A DNA stretch of 64,000 nucleotides from Hydrolagus affinis (Eukaryota), in the NCBI GenBank assembly GCA_012026655.1, contig JAAILG010000425.1, forward strand, positions 1 to 64,000. The letters run 5' to 3'. Below are positions 48,590-60,547 of this stretch, piece by piece. The translations under genes were made by a program, and so were the position numbers. How positions within the stretch are numbered: position 1 is the first letter of the stretch; each line of letters begins with the position of its first letter. The notes beneath the pieces are model-generated. The model had not been told where the DNA came from and did no database searches. It was given only the letters and a program-made list of their open reading frames with translations.

Positions 48590-48930
48590 AGAACTTGATC
48601 TCGCAATCTAAGCTGTCATTCCAATGCAGTACTGAGGGAATACTGCGGCGTAGGAGGTGCTCTCCTTTGGATGAGACGTCAAGCTAAGGTCTTGCTTGCC
48701 TGTTTTGGTAATTCAGGCACTTCAAAGATCACGCTGAATTATTTTGAAGAGCAAGTGGTTCTCCTGGAGAATAATTTTCTTCATCCAATTTCACGCAAAA
48801 AAGATTTGATGTCCTCATTCATCTCTTTGCTGATTTGTGGGTCTAATAAGATGTTGTGGTTCCCTGGTCACTACACTTCAAAATAATTCATTATGTGAAT
48901 CTCTTTTGAGATATTTTCAATGGGATGAGA
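48590..48930 (+). mobile_element. Deu-domain SINE
   Basis: AATCTAAGCTGTCATTCCAATGCAGTACTGAGGGAATACTGC...GGAGGTGC...TTTGGATGAGACGTCAA...GAAGAGCAAG. Confidence 0.8.
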
Positions 48931-49562
48931 TAAACGTTTCAGATTCACAGATGGTAAGTAAGTTTTAGTTGCACTGATTTTGATTCAGAGTGACAGGAGG
49001 TGGTTTCACAATGGAATCAGTGCTATCAACTACTGTACATTGTAAATTCAGGTATACAACAGCCAATTCTACCAAAGGTTGAAATTCAGACCCAGCTTGA
49101 AGTGAGCACTTTGTGGTGATTCACTGTGAGAAAAATGATTGTATAAATCAGCATGGAGTCATGCCGCCTAACAGAGAATCACATGGCAATATGGTTGCCT
49201 CTCAAGGAGATGGTTTTAGCAGCATATTTGTTTGACCAGTGTGCAACATAAACACGGCTGGTGCGAAAGTGTTCAAAATCTGCTTAGAAATAGTGCCTTA
49301 AAAATTCTCAAGCGGGTTCATTGTTATTAAAGTGCACTCATAGTCCCAGCTTTTGAAAAAACATTAAAATGAAAGTGGGGTTTGCTACTTGTTAGTGGAC
49401 CTCTGCCTGTCCACTTAATTGCACACAGAGCTCACTGTAGCTCCCAGTGAGTGTGTCTCAAAGCGAGTAATATTCATCAAGTTTCCCGACTTCACATCTC
49501 TGTACTGCTGTAAATGATATCAAATCACTACAATGGCATAAAAGGAACATAAGACTGTGGCA

Positions 49563-49646
49563 TGAAATGAGTTTGGACAGTCTCAATACAGTTCCTGGTG
49601 GGAGCAGGTCAAGTGCATCAAACTGCCCACATTTGGCACTAAATTG
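49563..49646 (+). mobile_element. LF-SINE-like central segment
   Basis: TGAAATGAGTTTGGACAGTCTCAATACAGTTCCTGGTGGGAGCAGGT...CACATTTGGCACTAAATTG resembles the LF-SINE core as I recall it (GTGAAATGAGTTGGTGGTCTCAGTCCAGTTCCTAGTGG...CACAATTGGCACTAATTGG). Not checked against a library. Confidence 0.55.
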
Positions 49647-52639
49647 AAATTTTCTGTGAGGTCCTAAAGGTGGTTGTAATGAAAGGTGAAACTATTTATC
49701 CTGGCGCAATAGGGTTGTATTCTGAAGTTATGGTACATTGCAATTGGGCCAAAGTTGAGAGTGCTTTGATCTGCTTCTTGACTGGAAAAGAAAAGCATTT
49801 CATTCTATTGCACTAACCTCCCTCCACAAGTACAAAGACTGAAAGGTAATGCAATTGTTTGCTTTTCCAGCAGATTATGGTAGGAGCCTAGCTATGTTTC
49901 TGTAAGGTGATTGGTATGGTATAAGAGAAAAATATTTTATAAAGTTAAAGCAATGAATCAAATCCAATGAATGTTTTCTCGCACAAAAACCGGTCTGAAT
50001 TTGCATCTCACCCAAAATTAAATAATTATTAGTTGTTAACACGCAAAATACTGCATGCATGCCATGATTTTCACTGTTCAGCACACGCAATTCAATTCAT
50101 TGTTTTTATGTTTAAAGACTACCATCAAATACAATATTTTCAGCCCAAAAGTGCATCTGGTCTCAGCCTTTAAGATCATTTGGTCTTTAAAATTTATGAT
50201 CATACAAAATTGTGGAAAATTCTTTAATTGCAGAATTAAACTTTTTTTAAAACTAGAAAACTGTTATCCTAATTAAAATTGTCATGGAATTTCGGGTCTT
50301 CTCCTGTACATCTGGTATAATTCACATTATGATTTATTTGCAAAAGAGAACACACATAAATTAACGTTTTAATAAAGAGCTTTTCTTTTCCTCTCTCCTG
50401 CCCCATAATGCTTTTTGTGTGACTGCCTGAAAAAAGCACTATCCTGAAGCAAGCCCACTGTATTTATTTGACAATTTGTCTTTCAAGCTTCCCAACGTAG
50501 CAGCTTACAGTTGTGTAGAACAAATCACCCACTCTAATCTAACTTCAAGATGCGGCCAAGGATTCCTGTTTGCTGAGACTAATAGCTTGCTGCAGAAACT
50601 GAAATAAGCAAAGAAAGCCAATTGTTGTGATTGGACATTGGAAGCCAAATTCATCAATTGAAATCTTTGCACGCAAAGTTCATTCTACTGAAAGCTTATT
50701 GAACACAAGTAGCTGTCTGGATATCATTTAGTCATGCCATAAGTCATTAGGCATCACCTGTACTGTGAAGGGTAATTGACATTTTATATTACAGGAGTCT
50801 CTAACAGTGTGGAATAGATTCTGTAAGCCTCTTCTGCTTTGCGAAGTGTTTCTTTATTTGGGTTTGCAGTGGCTGAAAATGCCTCATCCTATTAAGAGCA
50901 TCAGAAGAAAATTTGATCCATACATCTCGGGCTATTTTACAAAGCCTTTTACCTTTCAAGGTGATGAATCACTACAAGTAAACCAGGTGTGATGCATCGC
51001 ATCTCAAAGCCCACTCTCAAAACCACCTTGAGGATATGATTTCATCAGTACATTGATTCAATTCATTGCAGTATTAGTGCAGGTCGTGCAAATTGATTTG
51101 GGTCCTTCTCAAAAGTAGCCGCTTATCTGCTTTTAATCAATGACTTGTATTGAAGAGTCGATGAGCTTTTCTGTCATGTAACAATTCCAAACTGAATTAA
51201 TGCCAGTTCTACACATCCGCTTAGTTGACTTTTCACAGAACTATTTTCAATTTCCAAGAGTTTGCTCTTGCTTTTGAAATGTTCTATTGCCTCAACCTTG
51301 CCCTCCACACCCCGTCATTTCTACCCCCAGCTCAGGTGCCCATCCAGCAGTGTGAAACACCCTGAGATATCCTCTCAACACGAACGGTGGCATATGAATG
51401 TAAATATTATCTGTGGGAATTTGTCCCATTTTGAATGGCATCACCATCTGTGACGTTTATTTTAATGGTAAAAAATTGTGTTGCAATGATAAATGTGTTA
51501 AAAACATAGCACTTCCTTATTTGCAATATTACCTCTCATTCACTAAAAATAAAATAAATGTAGAACATTTTAGATCAATAGAATATTTCTAAAACGTTTT
51601 ATCTCAGCCCAGTTTATCACCTCAGTTTTTTCCAATTCTTGTTTCCATTTTCAATTCTTTCCATCATGTAGAAATGAAAAATCGAGTCACACAAGGGCAA
51701 ATGTATCTGTGGCCACCGAGACATAGCAACATTCAAAGACTTGTAAATATGTGTGGCGATCTAGGGGTTAAATTCTATTGAATTAAATAGTTATTGTCCC
51801 ATCAAGAGTTCCTTTTTAAAATTCTGACATGTTTTAAAAATGATTCTCGTTAACTTCAGTACCAATTTTTCCTCAGTTTATTATTTTTAAAATATTGTTT
51901 CAAAAATAAGTCAAATGAGGATATTCAGAGACTGTGTGAAGTAATTACTGAACTCAGCAGTGTGAGGGAGCTGCTTCATCATGCATTTGTAATATAATCT
52001 CATTGTTATTCAGATTACTTCACATGGCAGTGAACTGCCTCAATGTTCTCTTCACGTTTGCTGATAATATTCCTCCACAGATTCATCCTCAATCAATCCA
52101 AAAGCTGCTTGGCCTTTCAAGATGAGTAAAAAAAAATCAGTTATTAAATGTCACAAAGTCACAATTCTCCTGTTTCATTCCCACAGTCAGCAGGCGGGAA
52201 ATAGTCACAGTGTTTACCATCAATAACAAAATAAATACAGTGCTTGAGGGTTGATTTGAACAGCAGAGATCTGATCAGAGTTTATCGACTATCATAAAGT
52301 ATGTGAGGACCTTATTGTGCAACATGTAATGACCTTATTATGCAACAGTCATAATTACCTTATAAACCATTTAAAGTATTCTGTGACATCTCTTGTTTAT
52401 GAAAATTTATAGCTTTAAGGGGGAGTGAATTAGCTGTTTTTATGATGGGAAATTGCCATTCATTTGCTATACCCTTTTGACTGATTCCTGTTAATAAACC
52501 TTTCTGCGTAAGTTAAGGTTAACAAAGATAAAATCTACATAAAAATTATATTTGCCATGGTTAGTCTAAATACGTACTTGTAAGTTTGCTTAACAATATG
52601 AAACAACTTTTAGGATTTTTGTTCTGCCGTTGGTTCACA

Positions 52640-52805
52640 CAAGATTGGTTTCGATGAACAAGTCCCTTTGGTCCACTTGATCTCATCTTTTGCAGAATGG
52701 CCATCCAAGCATTTTTTTTCTTAAGCAAGCCTAGTGTCCTGGCTCCAACCACCTTTACTGGTAACTTGTTCCAGTCATTAATTCACCCTCAGGATAAAGA
52801 AACAA
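52640..52805 (-). mobile_element. Old CR1 3' remnant
   Basis: Reverse complement TTCTTTATCCTGAGGGTG...TGGAACAAGTTACCAGTAAAGGTGGTTGGAGCC...TGCTTGGATGGCC (FF..RV, WNKLP.KVV.A, LD). Confidence 0.65.
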
Positions 52806-53254
52806 AATAGTTGTTAAGGTTTGGGGTGGGTGACAGACTTTGCTCTTTGCATTTCAGGCCCGCTGACCAACAATATTGGCAATGTTTGTATTTTATCCAG
52901 CATTTTCTCCATAATGGGCATCCATTTTGCAAACCTATAATGTTCATGTAATCTGGTATACAAGTTCAAAATCACTGTTAATACTGCATAACTAACAGTG
53001 TTTTAACAGAATCAGATGGTAGGTGTGTACTCCCTGTATCTCGTACAAAGGAACTTAGGGTTCTTCCCGCTTTGCAAAGCAAAAGGAGTTAGTTTTTAGT
53101 GTAAAGATGTATAATTTCATTCAAATAGATGTAAAAACTTTCAAATCCCAGCAAGGTGTATCTATTACTTGTAAATGCCTGTTTCCACTGAATAATATAT
53201 TTTCTCCTCTGGATATCTGCATCTTTTATTTGAACACAAGATGTATTCAATTTT

Positions 53255-53380
53255 GATTGGCTGCCGCATTTCGCCCACATATATACAGCTAACTAATTCA
53301 CTTTACAGTATATTCCGTGAAGCACTTTGAGATGACTAGAAGATGTTAAGAGCTCTACATCAAATGTAAGGATTATTATC
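53255..53380 (+). mobile_element. SINE 3' tail
   Basis: ATTGGCTGCCGCATTTCGCCCACATATATACAG...GTGAAGCACTTTGAGA...AAATGTAAGGATTATTAT. Confidence 0.85.
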
Positions 53381-54404
53381 GTGCAAATCTCCATTTATTA
53401 AATGCTCATTCAAATTACTGTACTCAGATATAAAAATGCTAACCATCAAGGCCATTGCAGGTTATGGAGAATGAGAATTTCAAGAATATATTTCATCCAA
53501 AATTTGAGTGTGCAGACTGGGTTGTATTTATTGGTTACTATTATGGTAAAACTTGTATCGAAGACAAAGTACAGCCAATCCGTTGTACCTGGTACAATTT
53601 AATTGCATGTGTATTTATTTTTTGCATTTGGTTATTATTGCTTTTATGTTGGCTAGTTTCAACTGCCAACATAAAATTGATAGCTTTTGGGGATTTATTT
53701 GAGATAAACATGTTATCTTTGGGCTCTTTATTTTGGAGGTCTGACCAGAAATTGGACACTGAATTAGTTAATTCAAACACAAGCTATTTCCTTTTATGGA
53801 TAAAGAGTGGATTCCATTTTGCTACATGGTACAATGTCATTTGCATCATACTTTAGAATGTAGATATATTTCACTATGAGGCTAAAGAGCCCTCTATACT
53901 GCCTTGACATTTAAATTCATTCCTGCTACTAATCTCTATGGATAGAATAGAGGTTGAATTAACGTGCTACCTTATTATTGGCAGCTTAGTTTCACTGACT
54001 GAATAGTGGTACGTACTGTACAATGCTTTCTTCTACAGGGTTTGACAGTGGAGACAAAATGTACAAAACCTAATAGTGTTGAAAAGGTGCCTTTTGTATA
54101 AAATCATTTCAGAATAATGAGGGATTGTGGAAATTGTGGAGTTCATTGCTTAAGAAAGCAATATTCAGCTTTAAGAATTTGAGAAATTTCATTATAAGTG
54201 CTCATTGGTTTGTTACATTGATTGAAAAGAGGAGACTAATCTCCCTAAACTGTTTGTCATCAGAGTGAAATCAATACAGGATTCACACTGTTCCACACAT
54301 ACGCTGTAGTCTCTATCTACCCAGGAATTCTGGATTTGCAGGTGGGTCAAAGTACCATATGTTAAGATACTGATTTCAAGAGAAGCCAGAAGCATCCTAG
54401 GCTT

Positions 54405-54550
54405 GTGTGTGAGTTAAGTGATCTCAGTTTCTGGCACCACAACAGTTTGCCTCAATAACCCCAGGTCAAGGAATTAATTCAGAGTTTCTGCTTCTGATCA
54501 TCGTCCAATAACCCTTGGTGAAAATATGCATGTTGGCAATGGATGAGTTG
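54405..54550 (+). mobile_element. Old SINE-like repeat, 5' part
   Basis: GAGTTAAGTGATCTCAG...TTTGCCTCAATAACCCCAGG...CTGCTTCTGATCATCGTCCAATAACCC; homologous to the copy at 18310-18545 (minus). Confidence 0.55.
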
Positions 54551-54834
54551 TTGTTCTCCTGTCCTTATTTACATAAATGATTTGGCCATGGGCATATAGG
54601 GAAGGATCTCAAACTCCAAATTGAAGGATAATGCGAGTTGCCTGAGAGCATAGGATGCCCAACCCCTTCTGAGATCTGATCCTCTGATCGCATCCTCCTG
54701 TTTAGATTAATCCACCCTGTGACCTGGATATTGGAGCTCTATAAACTCCAAACCCCTCCTCACCACCCCCCTACATCATTGCACATATCAGTGATAAAGC
54801 TGTAATCCAAATTACATTATGGAACCTGTAATGC

Positions 54835-55125
54835 TCTTCAACTGAAAGTCTTTGTTTGAATAACAAGATTTGTCTGTTCAGGTGGACATGAAAGATTTTA
54901 TAATACTTGACAAAAAGAGAAGGGAGTTTCTCTTGATGTTCCAGCTAACAATCTCTCAGATAAAACTGGCCATTCAATTATCTGACTGTTTGTAGGATAT
55001 GGCTGTACCCAAATTGGTTGATGCATTTGCCCGTGAATTATACATTCACTACACTTTGCAATAAATCCTGTAAAACACTTTGAGACATCCTCCCAACATG
55101 AAAAGCTCTATCAAATGCATTGACT
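54835..55125 (+). mobile_element. Deu-domain SINE 3' two-thirds
   Basis: GTCTGTTCAGGTGGACATGAAAGAT...GGGAGTTTCTC...GACTGTTTGTAGGAT...TTTGAGACATCCTCCCAACATGAAAAGCTCTATCAAATGCA. Confidence 0.75.
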
Positions 55126-55174
55126 ATCAAATGAAAAGGCTGATAATATCCTTATTAAAACACAATACAGGGAA

Positions 55175-55282
55175 AGCCAAGAAGCGGGAATAGAGTATAG
55201 ATGGTTCCTGTGGGGAATCAGAACAGCACTAGCACAATGCGATAAATGGCCTCTTTTATTCTAAAATTTCTATCATACTATG
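55175..55282 (+). mobile_element. CR1 3' UTR stub
   Basis: AATGGCCTCTTTTATTCTAAAATTTCTATCATACTATGA resembles the CR1 ends at 4570-4598 and 26285-26326. Confidence 0.55.
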
Positions 55283-55289
55283 ACACAAT

Positions 55290-55465
55290 TCTGCTCAGCT
55301 GTGATGCCCCCAAGGTCAAATTGTCTGCTGATACTCCCCGTCGAGACTCCCACATGAAGAATAATCACTCAGTCAAGGTACCAGAAGCTGCTGGTGCCCA
55401 GGGAACCATATCTCAGGATGAGCTACTGCCTTCAGGAGAGGAGGGGACGGAATAAGAGAAAATTG
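55290..55465 (+). mobile_element. Old SINE-like repeat, 3' part
   Basis: CTGTGATGCCCCC...GACTCCCACATGAAGAAT...GCCTTCAGGAGAGGAGGGG; CTGTGATCCCC and GACTCACCCATGAA recur at 57002-57066. Confidence 0.6.
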
Positions 55466-56879
55466 AGAGGAGAAGAGTTAATGGGGTCATTAATAGCCGA
55501 TCAGCACTGTAGAAATCCTTCAAAGTATGACCTGGAGATAATACTTCGAATTCAGCTCAAAGTCTGTGAGAGATATGTTCGAGGAGGCGAGGGGAAGGTG
55601 TGGAGAGAAGAGAAATCCATCCCAGCTTTGTATTGGCGTGGACAATGGTTATTTTCACCTACCCTGAACAGAAGCCTTGCCTTTCATTTACAATTAGCCC
55701 AATGAAATGGTTGGTTACTGTTGACTCCTGGCCAGATTATGGGACAGGTTTAGCCTTTACATGCAGCTGCAAAGAGTGCAAGGCTTTCATTTAATTGAAC
55801 AAATCTAATTATCTCATGAAATGCAATACACCACCATTAGAACCAATCCCCAAGTTTGCACTCCAGCTTTCCATCCCTCATAGGTATTTGTTATTTATAC
55901 TATCAATAAATACTACCAGCAGTCTTTTTGCTTTCAATGTTGACATTCAGTGTTTTGTGTTTGGGGCTGGCTCCTCACTGTGCATTGTTCATGCATTGTT
56001 TGTGAAAAAAAATTGTTTTAATTGTGCTCAAGAGTTACTCTTCAATCCTTGGAAGACTCTTTATATCACATGTTTTGGGTGTTCAATATCATGATTCAGT
56101 AGTTATCGAGTGTTATTTCATGTGCACAAAGCATTCAGGGACTTGGACTGACTTCTATTCCACTCAGTTACAATTTCATAATTTGCCTCAGTGAAAAGCT
56201 GCATTTCTGTCATTGTGGCTCGATTGAGTTCAAAGTAAATTTTAAACTCAGCAGACTGAGAGCAAAATATAAGTTATGAGACCACTCAACCTAACCATTT
56301 TCTTTCGTCGCACAAAGAAGACTTGCTGCAGCCCTGCGCTGTAAATCCCCATTGAAAACATTTTGCTAGTGTTTTGAGAGACTTGACATTTCCAAACAAA
56401 TCTAATCACATTTCTAAAAACAATGGGGGTGAGAAAAACAGCAAAGCCATTACTTTACAGAGGCAAAAGTACTGCTTTCTACAAGAGAAGTTTAGCACAG
56501 AATTCAAACCGAGAAGTGAAAGGTACACATCAGTCATCACATTGAGGAATTGCTCTGAGACAAATTGAGGCAACAGGAAGTAGGGGATGCCCAATTCTAT
56601 CTGGGTATACAAGACATGAAGGATGCTGTCCAGATTGTTTTTATCCAGCTGGATAACTCCATGCAAATAAGATTGCGGATCGGTGAAGAACAGTTGGCTG
56701 AGCAGGTTGCTTCACAAGTCAGCCTGCTGACAACTCACCCACTTCTAGCTATTTGCCTCAGGCCCCTTAGTTCGCTGCTTTGCCATAGACATAGCTTGAG
56801 CTGCGTTGCTGTTTTCCATGGATGAAGCATTGTTTGGTTTTGAAGCCGAAGCTTGGAGATTCAAGGCATTAGTCAATCC

Positions 56880-57135
56880 TCCACAGGTTCACTCCAGATA
56901 GGTTGGTGAGAGCTCAGTGGGTAAATTCTCAGAACTTCTACTGGTCACCACTCAACAACTGCTACAGGAAAGTGAATGTGTACGAAGAAGGATGGTCTTG
57001 TCTGTGATCCCCATACCCTCACAGTTGAATAGACAGTAGTACTCATTATCCAGACTCACCCATGAAAAGCGACCGCATGAATGAAATGATGTAGTGATAT
57101 CCATATCCATTTAACTATAGCGCAGCATGAGTTAT
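56880..57135 (+). mobile_element. Old SINE-like repeat, uninterrupted degraded copy
   Basis: GGAAAGTGAATGTGT...TCTGTGATCCCC...AGACTCACCCATGAA...CAGCATGAGTT, colinear with 55290-55430. Confidence 0.5.
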
Positions 57136-58679
57136 ACTTGCAAAAGGCAAATTATTGGCACTGCTAGTTTTTAAAAAAAAACATTTTGAGACAGCTTGCA
57201 AAGCAATAGAAATGAAAAGAGCTGTGTGTTTTGTTACTGCGAGCTGCACAGACCCAGGTGACAGCTTTTCACAACAATCAGTGAGTCACACTGGAAGTAT
57301 GTGAGACTTCACAGTTTGGTAAACATTGGGAATTCCTCCTCTTCTCTCCAGCTGTTGCTGCATTGGAGGTCTGAGTGGGGTGTTTTTGTGAGCACTTTTA
57401 TTAACATGCACTTTGATAGCATAAGTCTTCAGTGTTGCACCAGGATTTGGAAAAAGTTTTTTAAAAAAAAGTATTTCCACCTATCCTATGTAACTGCATA
57501 ATTTGTTTTGTCAACCAGGTGTCTGAAAATCCTTCACTGTGATTAAGAGTATCCAAACCAAACTGAGAATTCAATGCAACCCACCCTACACATGGAAATT
57601 CCAGAGAAGGATTATTGGAACAAATGTTCTTCCCAATGTCGTTAAGTCTGTCTGGCGCAAATGGGAAAATCCAAGCCAAATGAAGAAAATGTTTCTGCAT
57701 ATTAAAGTAGAATTGCTGCACCATAACATTTATAGTGTCAGATGAAAAATATATAATTTCTTACACTTGTCTGACTCTCTGTTTCAGTAAATAACAGCAT
57801 CACTGATAAACCAACAACTGAAGCAAAGTATCCTCATCTAATAACGTGACCGAGGAACGAATATGAAATTATGGTGAATGGCAAAAGGAGATAAGGAAAA
57901 AATGCAGTGTGGTAATAAACAGAAAAGTTAGGTGAAGACCTGGCAGTTAATGGTGTGAGAAACTGAATGAGATTATGAGCTGCTGAATAATTTAGTTTAA
58001 ATAGAAAAGCTAATGTATAAGAGAACTAAATTAATTTCTTTGGTATCAAATATTTAAATGTATTGTGTTATGAGACTATGCAAATTACTTTCTGTGCTCT
58101 TTGAAACCTGTGGACTACATCACAGTCGGCAAAACCTCCAGTTTGGGGGGGTTATTTATTACATTTTTCCATCATATCCTGTAATGCATGATAGTTTTTG
58201 TTTCCCCCTGAACTATTAAAATAAATGAACAAAATGCAATTTACAATCAAAGTAAAATATTTTCAAAGCTTTACTAATGCTCCTGATCTTTCTTCCCTTT
58301 ACATTTCTTACCATTTCTTTTCTCTCTATGGTGATTTTCTTATTTTATTGTGACTTTGTATTCCCAGCTTAGTATTACAGTTCTGTACTAAGTTCCATTT
58401 TGGATTTATTTGTCTTAAGCTATCTCTTATTATTTCAATTCTTGAAGGCTTTTACTTGCTTTCTATCTTCCAGTTTTTTAAGCTTTTTTTAAATTTTAAT
58501 TGGCTGAAAACCAGCTTTAAAAATATTATTTTCTTCAGTTGCTTAAATGCTCAAGTATTGAAAATTCACAGGGTCACATTGCAAATGGAACCAGGTCAAG
58601 CTATGGCATTATTCTTATGTTTAAAATAGGAAGTGGAAACTATGAACACAATGGGGGGAATTGCATTGATGGTTTCAAT

Positions 58680-58950
58680 TACAACAACAAAATGCACTTA
58701 TATAGCACCTACCTTCCATGTAAAGATGGTGTGGAACACCAAGCAAGGTAGGAACAATAAGACGACAGGAAAAGAGAATCTAAACAAGGGAAAAGAAAAG
58801 TTGACCAAATGAATATTGGGACAGGTAACCTTTTAGAAGGCACTTGTTGATAAGGAGGTAGAATGCTAGATACAGACATTTTGGGGGAAAGAATTCACAG
58901 AGTAAACAGGACAAGTGCCTGAATGATTTGCTGCTAAAGGCACTGCAGGG
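58680..58950 (-). mobile_element. Degraded L2 3' end with tail
   Basis: ACAACAACAAAATGCACTTATATAGCACC tail; GGAAAGAATTCACAGAG and GTGCCTGAATG resemble reversed F...AP.LWNS codons. Confidence 0.55.
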
Positions 58951-59854
58951 AAGGGTGTACAGGGTATAGGTACATACTAATGACATTAGCAAGATGTGCA
59001 AATGGCTCTTCAACAACATTGAAAAGCAACGCTCACTGTTTAATAATACTAATATAATAATTTGAGACATCTCAAAGCATTTCACAGAATATCTCGGAAA
59101 GTGAATTGACTCCATATGGTTTCCAATGTGGGAAAAGGAGCAGTTCACTTTCAATGAATATGACGAGAAGCAGGCTGCAGAAAGGCACTCTAGCTCTGTA
59201 TTAGTGTTTTTTGTTTTGCACAATCTGCAGCAACAAATGTAAAGCTATTATTTAATAGGATATCATGTTTTAAATGGTCTGGAAATTCCTTTACAAGAAA
59301 ACGTTTTCTAAAGTATATTTTATTACATTCTATTTAGCAAAATCTTACCTAAGTTGACAATTTATAATCCTCATCTTCCAACATACGTATATATTAAAAA
59401 TGTAAGTCCTTAGTAAATCATTACTGACATAATGCTGAATTATTCAAATAAATGTTAAAATCCATACTTAACTCTTCACCTATAACATTTATACATTTTA
59501 TTAAATTCCATATTTTTCTTGCTGTATAGGTCTTCTTAAATGGAATACATATTAACATTCCGGGATGATTAAATTCTTTTTGGGGTTTAGTGATTCCTGA
59601 TTTTACTTTTAGTACTCCTACTTGGAAAAATTATTAAATTAAATGAATTTTAATTTGCTCAGATGCAGTAAATCCTGAATTTAAATGTAAGATTTAGGAC
59701 AACCTGGATCCAGAACTCCAAATCTTAAAATCTCGCCTTTATTGTGAAACTGTAGTAGATATTTAATGTTTAAGAACAATAACACTGAATTGTTAATTCT
59801 ACTGGCACAATAAACTGGAATATGTGACTATTGTACAATAACAGCCATCTTGGT

Positions 59855-60065
59855 GTCAGGCTTGCTCAGTTGGTAGTACTGTACTCTTGTCTGTAGGTTA
59901 ACAGGTCATAAATTCAAATTCCATGTCAAGGCACAGGTTCATAAACTACGCTGATATCAGTGCAGTAATGGGGGAGTGAGTGCTGTACATTGTTGGAGGT
60001 GCTGTGCTTCAATTCATGGTGAACACTAAATATCCCATGATACTATTCACAGAGGAAAGAGTCCC
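59855..60065 (+). mobile_element. Deu-domain SINE 5' part with tRNA-like head
   Basis: TGCTCAGTTGGTAG head, TTCAAATTCC, GCTGATATCAGTGCAGTAATGGGGGAGTG...TTGTTGGAGGTGCTG, ATCCCATGATACTATTC. Confidence 0.7.
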
Positions 60066-60436
60066 TGTCTATTCCCCTTATTATTTGAAAGATCACGGTT
60101 GTGAATGCACTTCATTCAGGCAGGCCTTTTGACAACATCAAGCTGTTTTCTGTTTCTGGGCCCTTTTTCTTGGGTAAAGTTTCTGACAGTGATGCCAATG
60201 GATTGTCACCAATCACCATTCTTTGAGCAATGTGGACAAATTCATCGTCTGAGCACTGCTGGCGTCTTATTGATTGCTAAGGACACTTTTGATGAAACAG
60301 CAGATATAATTTTGCACAGGTTTGTTCCTTGCTCTTTTCTCTCCCAACCTTTGTCTCTCCAGCCCCGGCTGGGTATTGGGAGTTCTCTGTGGTGGTCATC
60401 TTCTCCTCGCAGAACACACCATGAGGAACCACATAG

Positions 60437-60547
60437 ATTTGCCCACAAAATACACAATCACTACACATTACAATGTATTCTGTGAAGCTCTTTGAGACAT
60501 CTCAATGACATATAAGTCGCTATATAAATGCAAGGATTATTATTATT
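60437..60547 (+). mobile_element. SINE 3' tail
   Basis: TTTGCCCACAAAATACAC...TTCTGTGAAGCTCTTTGAGACATC...GCTATATAAATGCAAGGATTATTATTATT. Confidence 0.85.

Noticed and set aside
53455-53856. 133-aa ORF with a hydrophobic stretch
   Set aside because: Hydrophobicity follows from T-rich DNA; no known family; weak splice signals.
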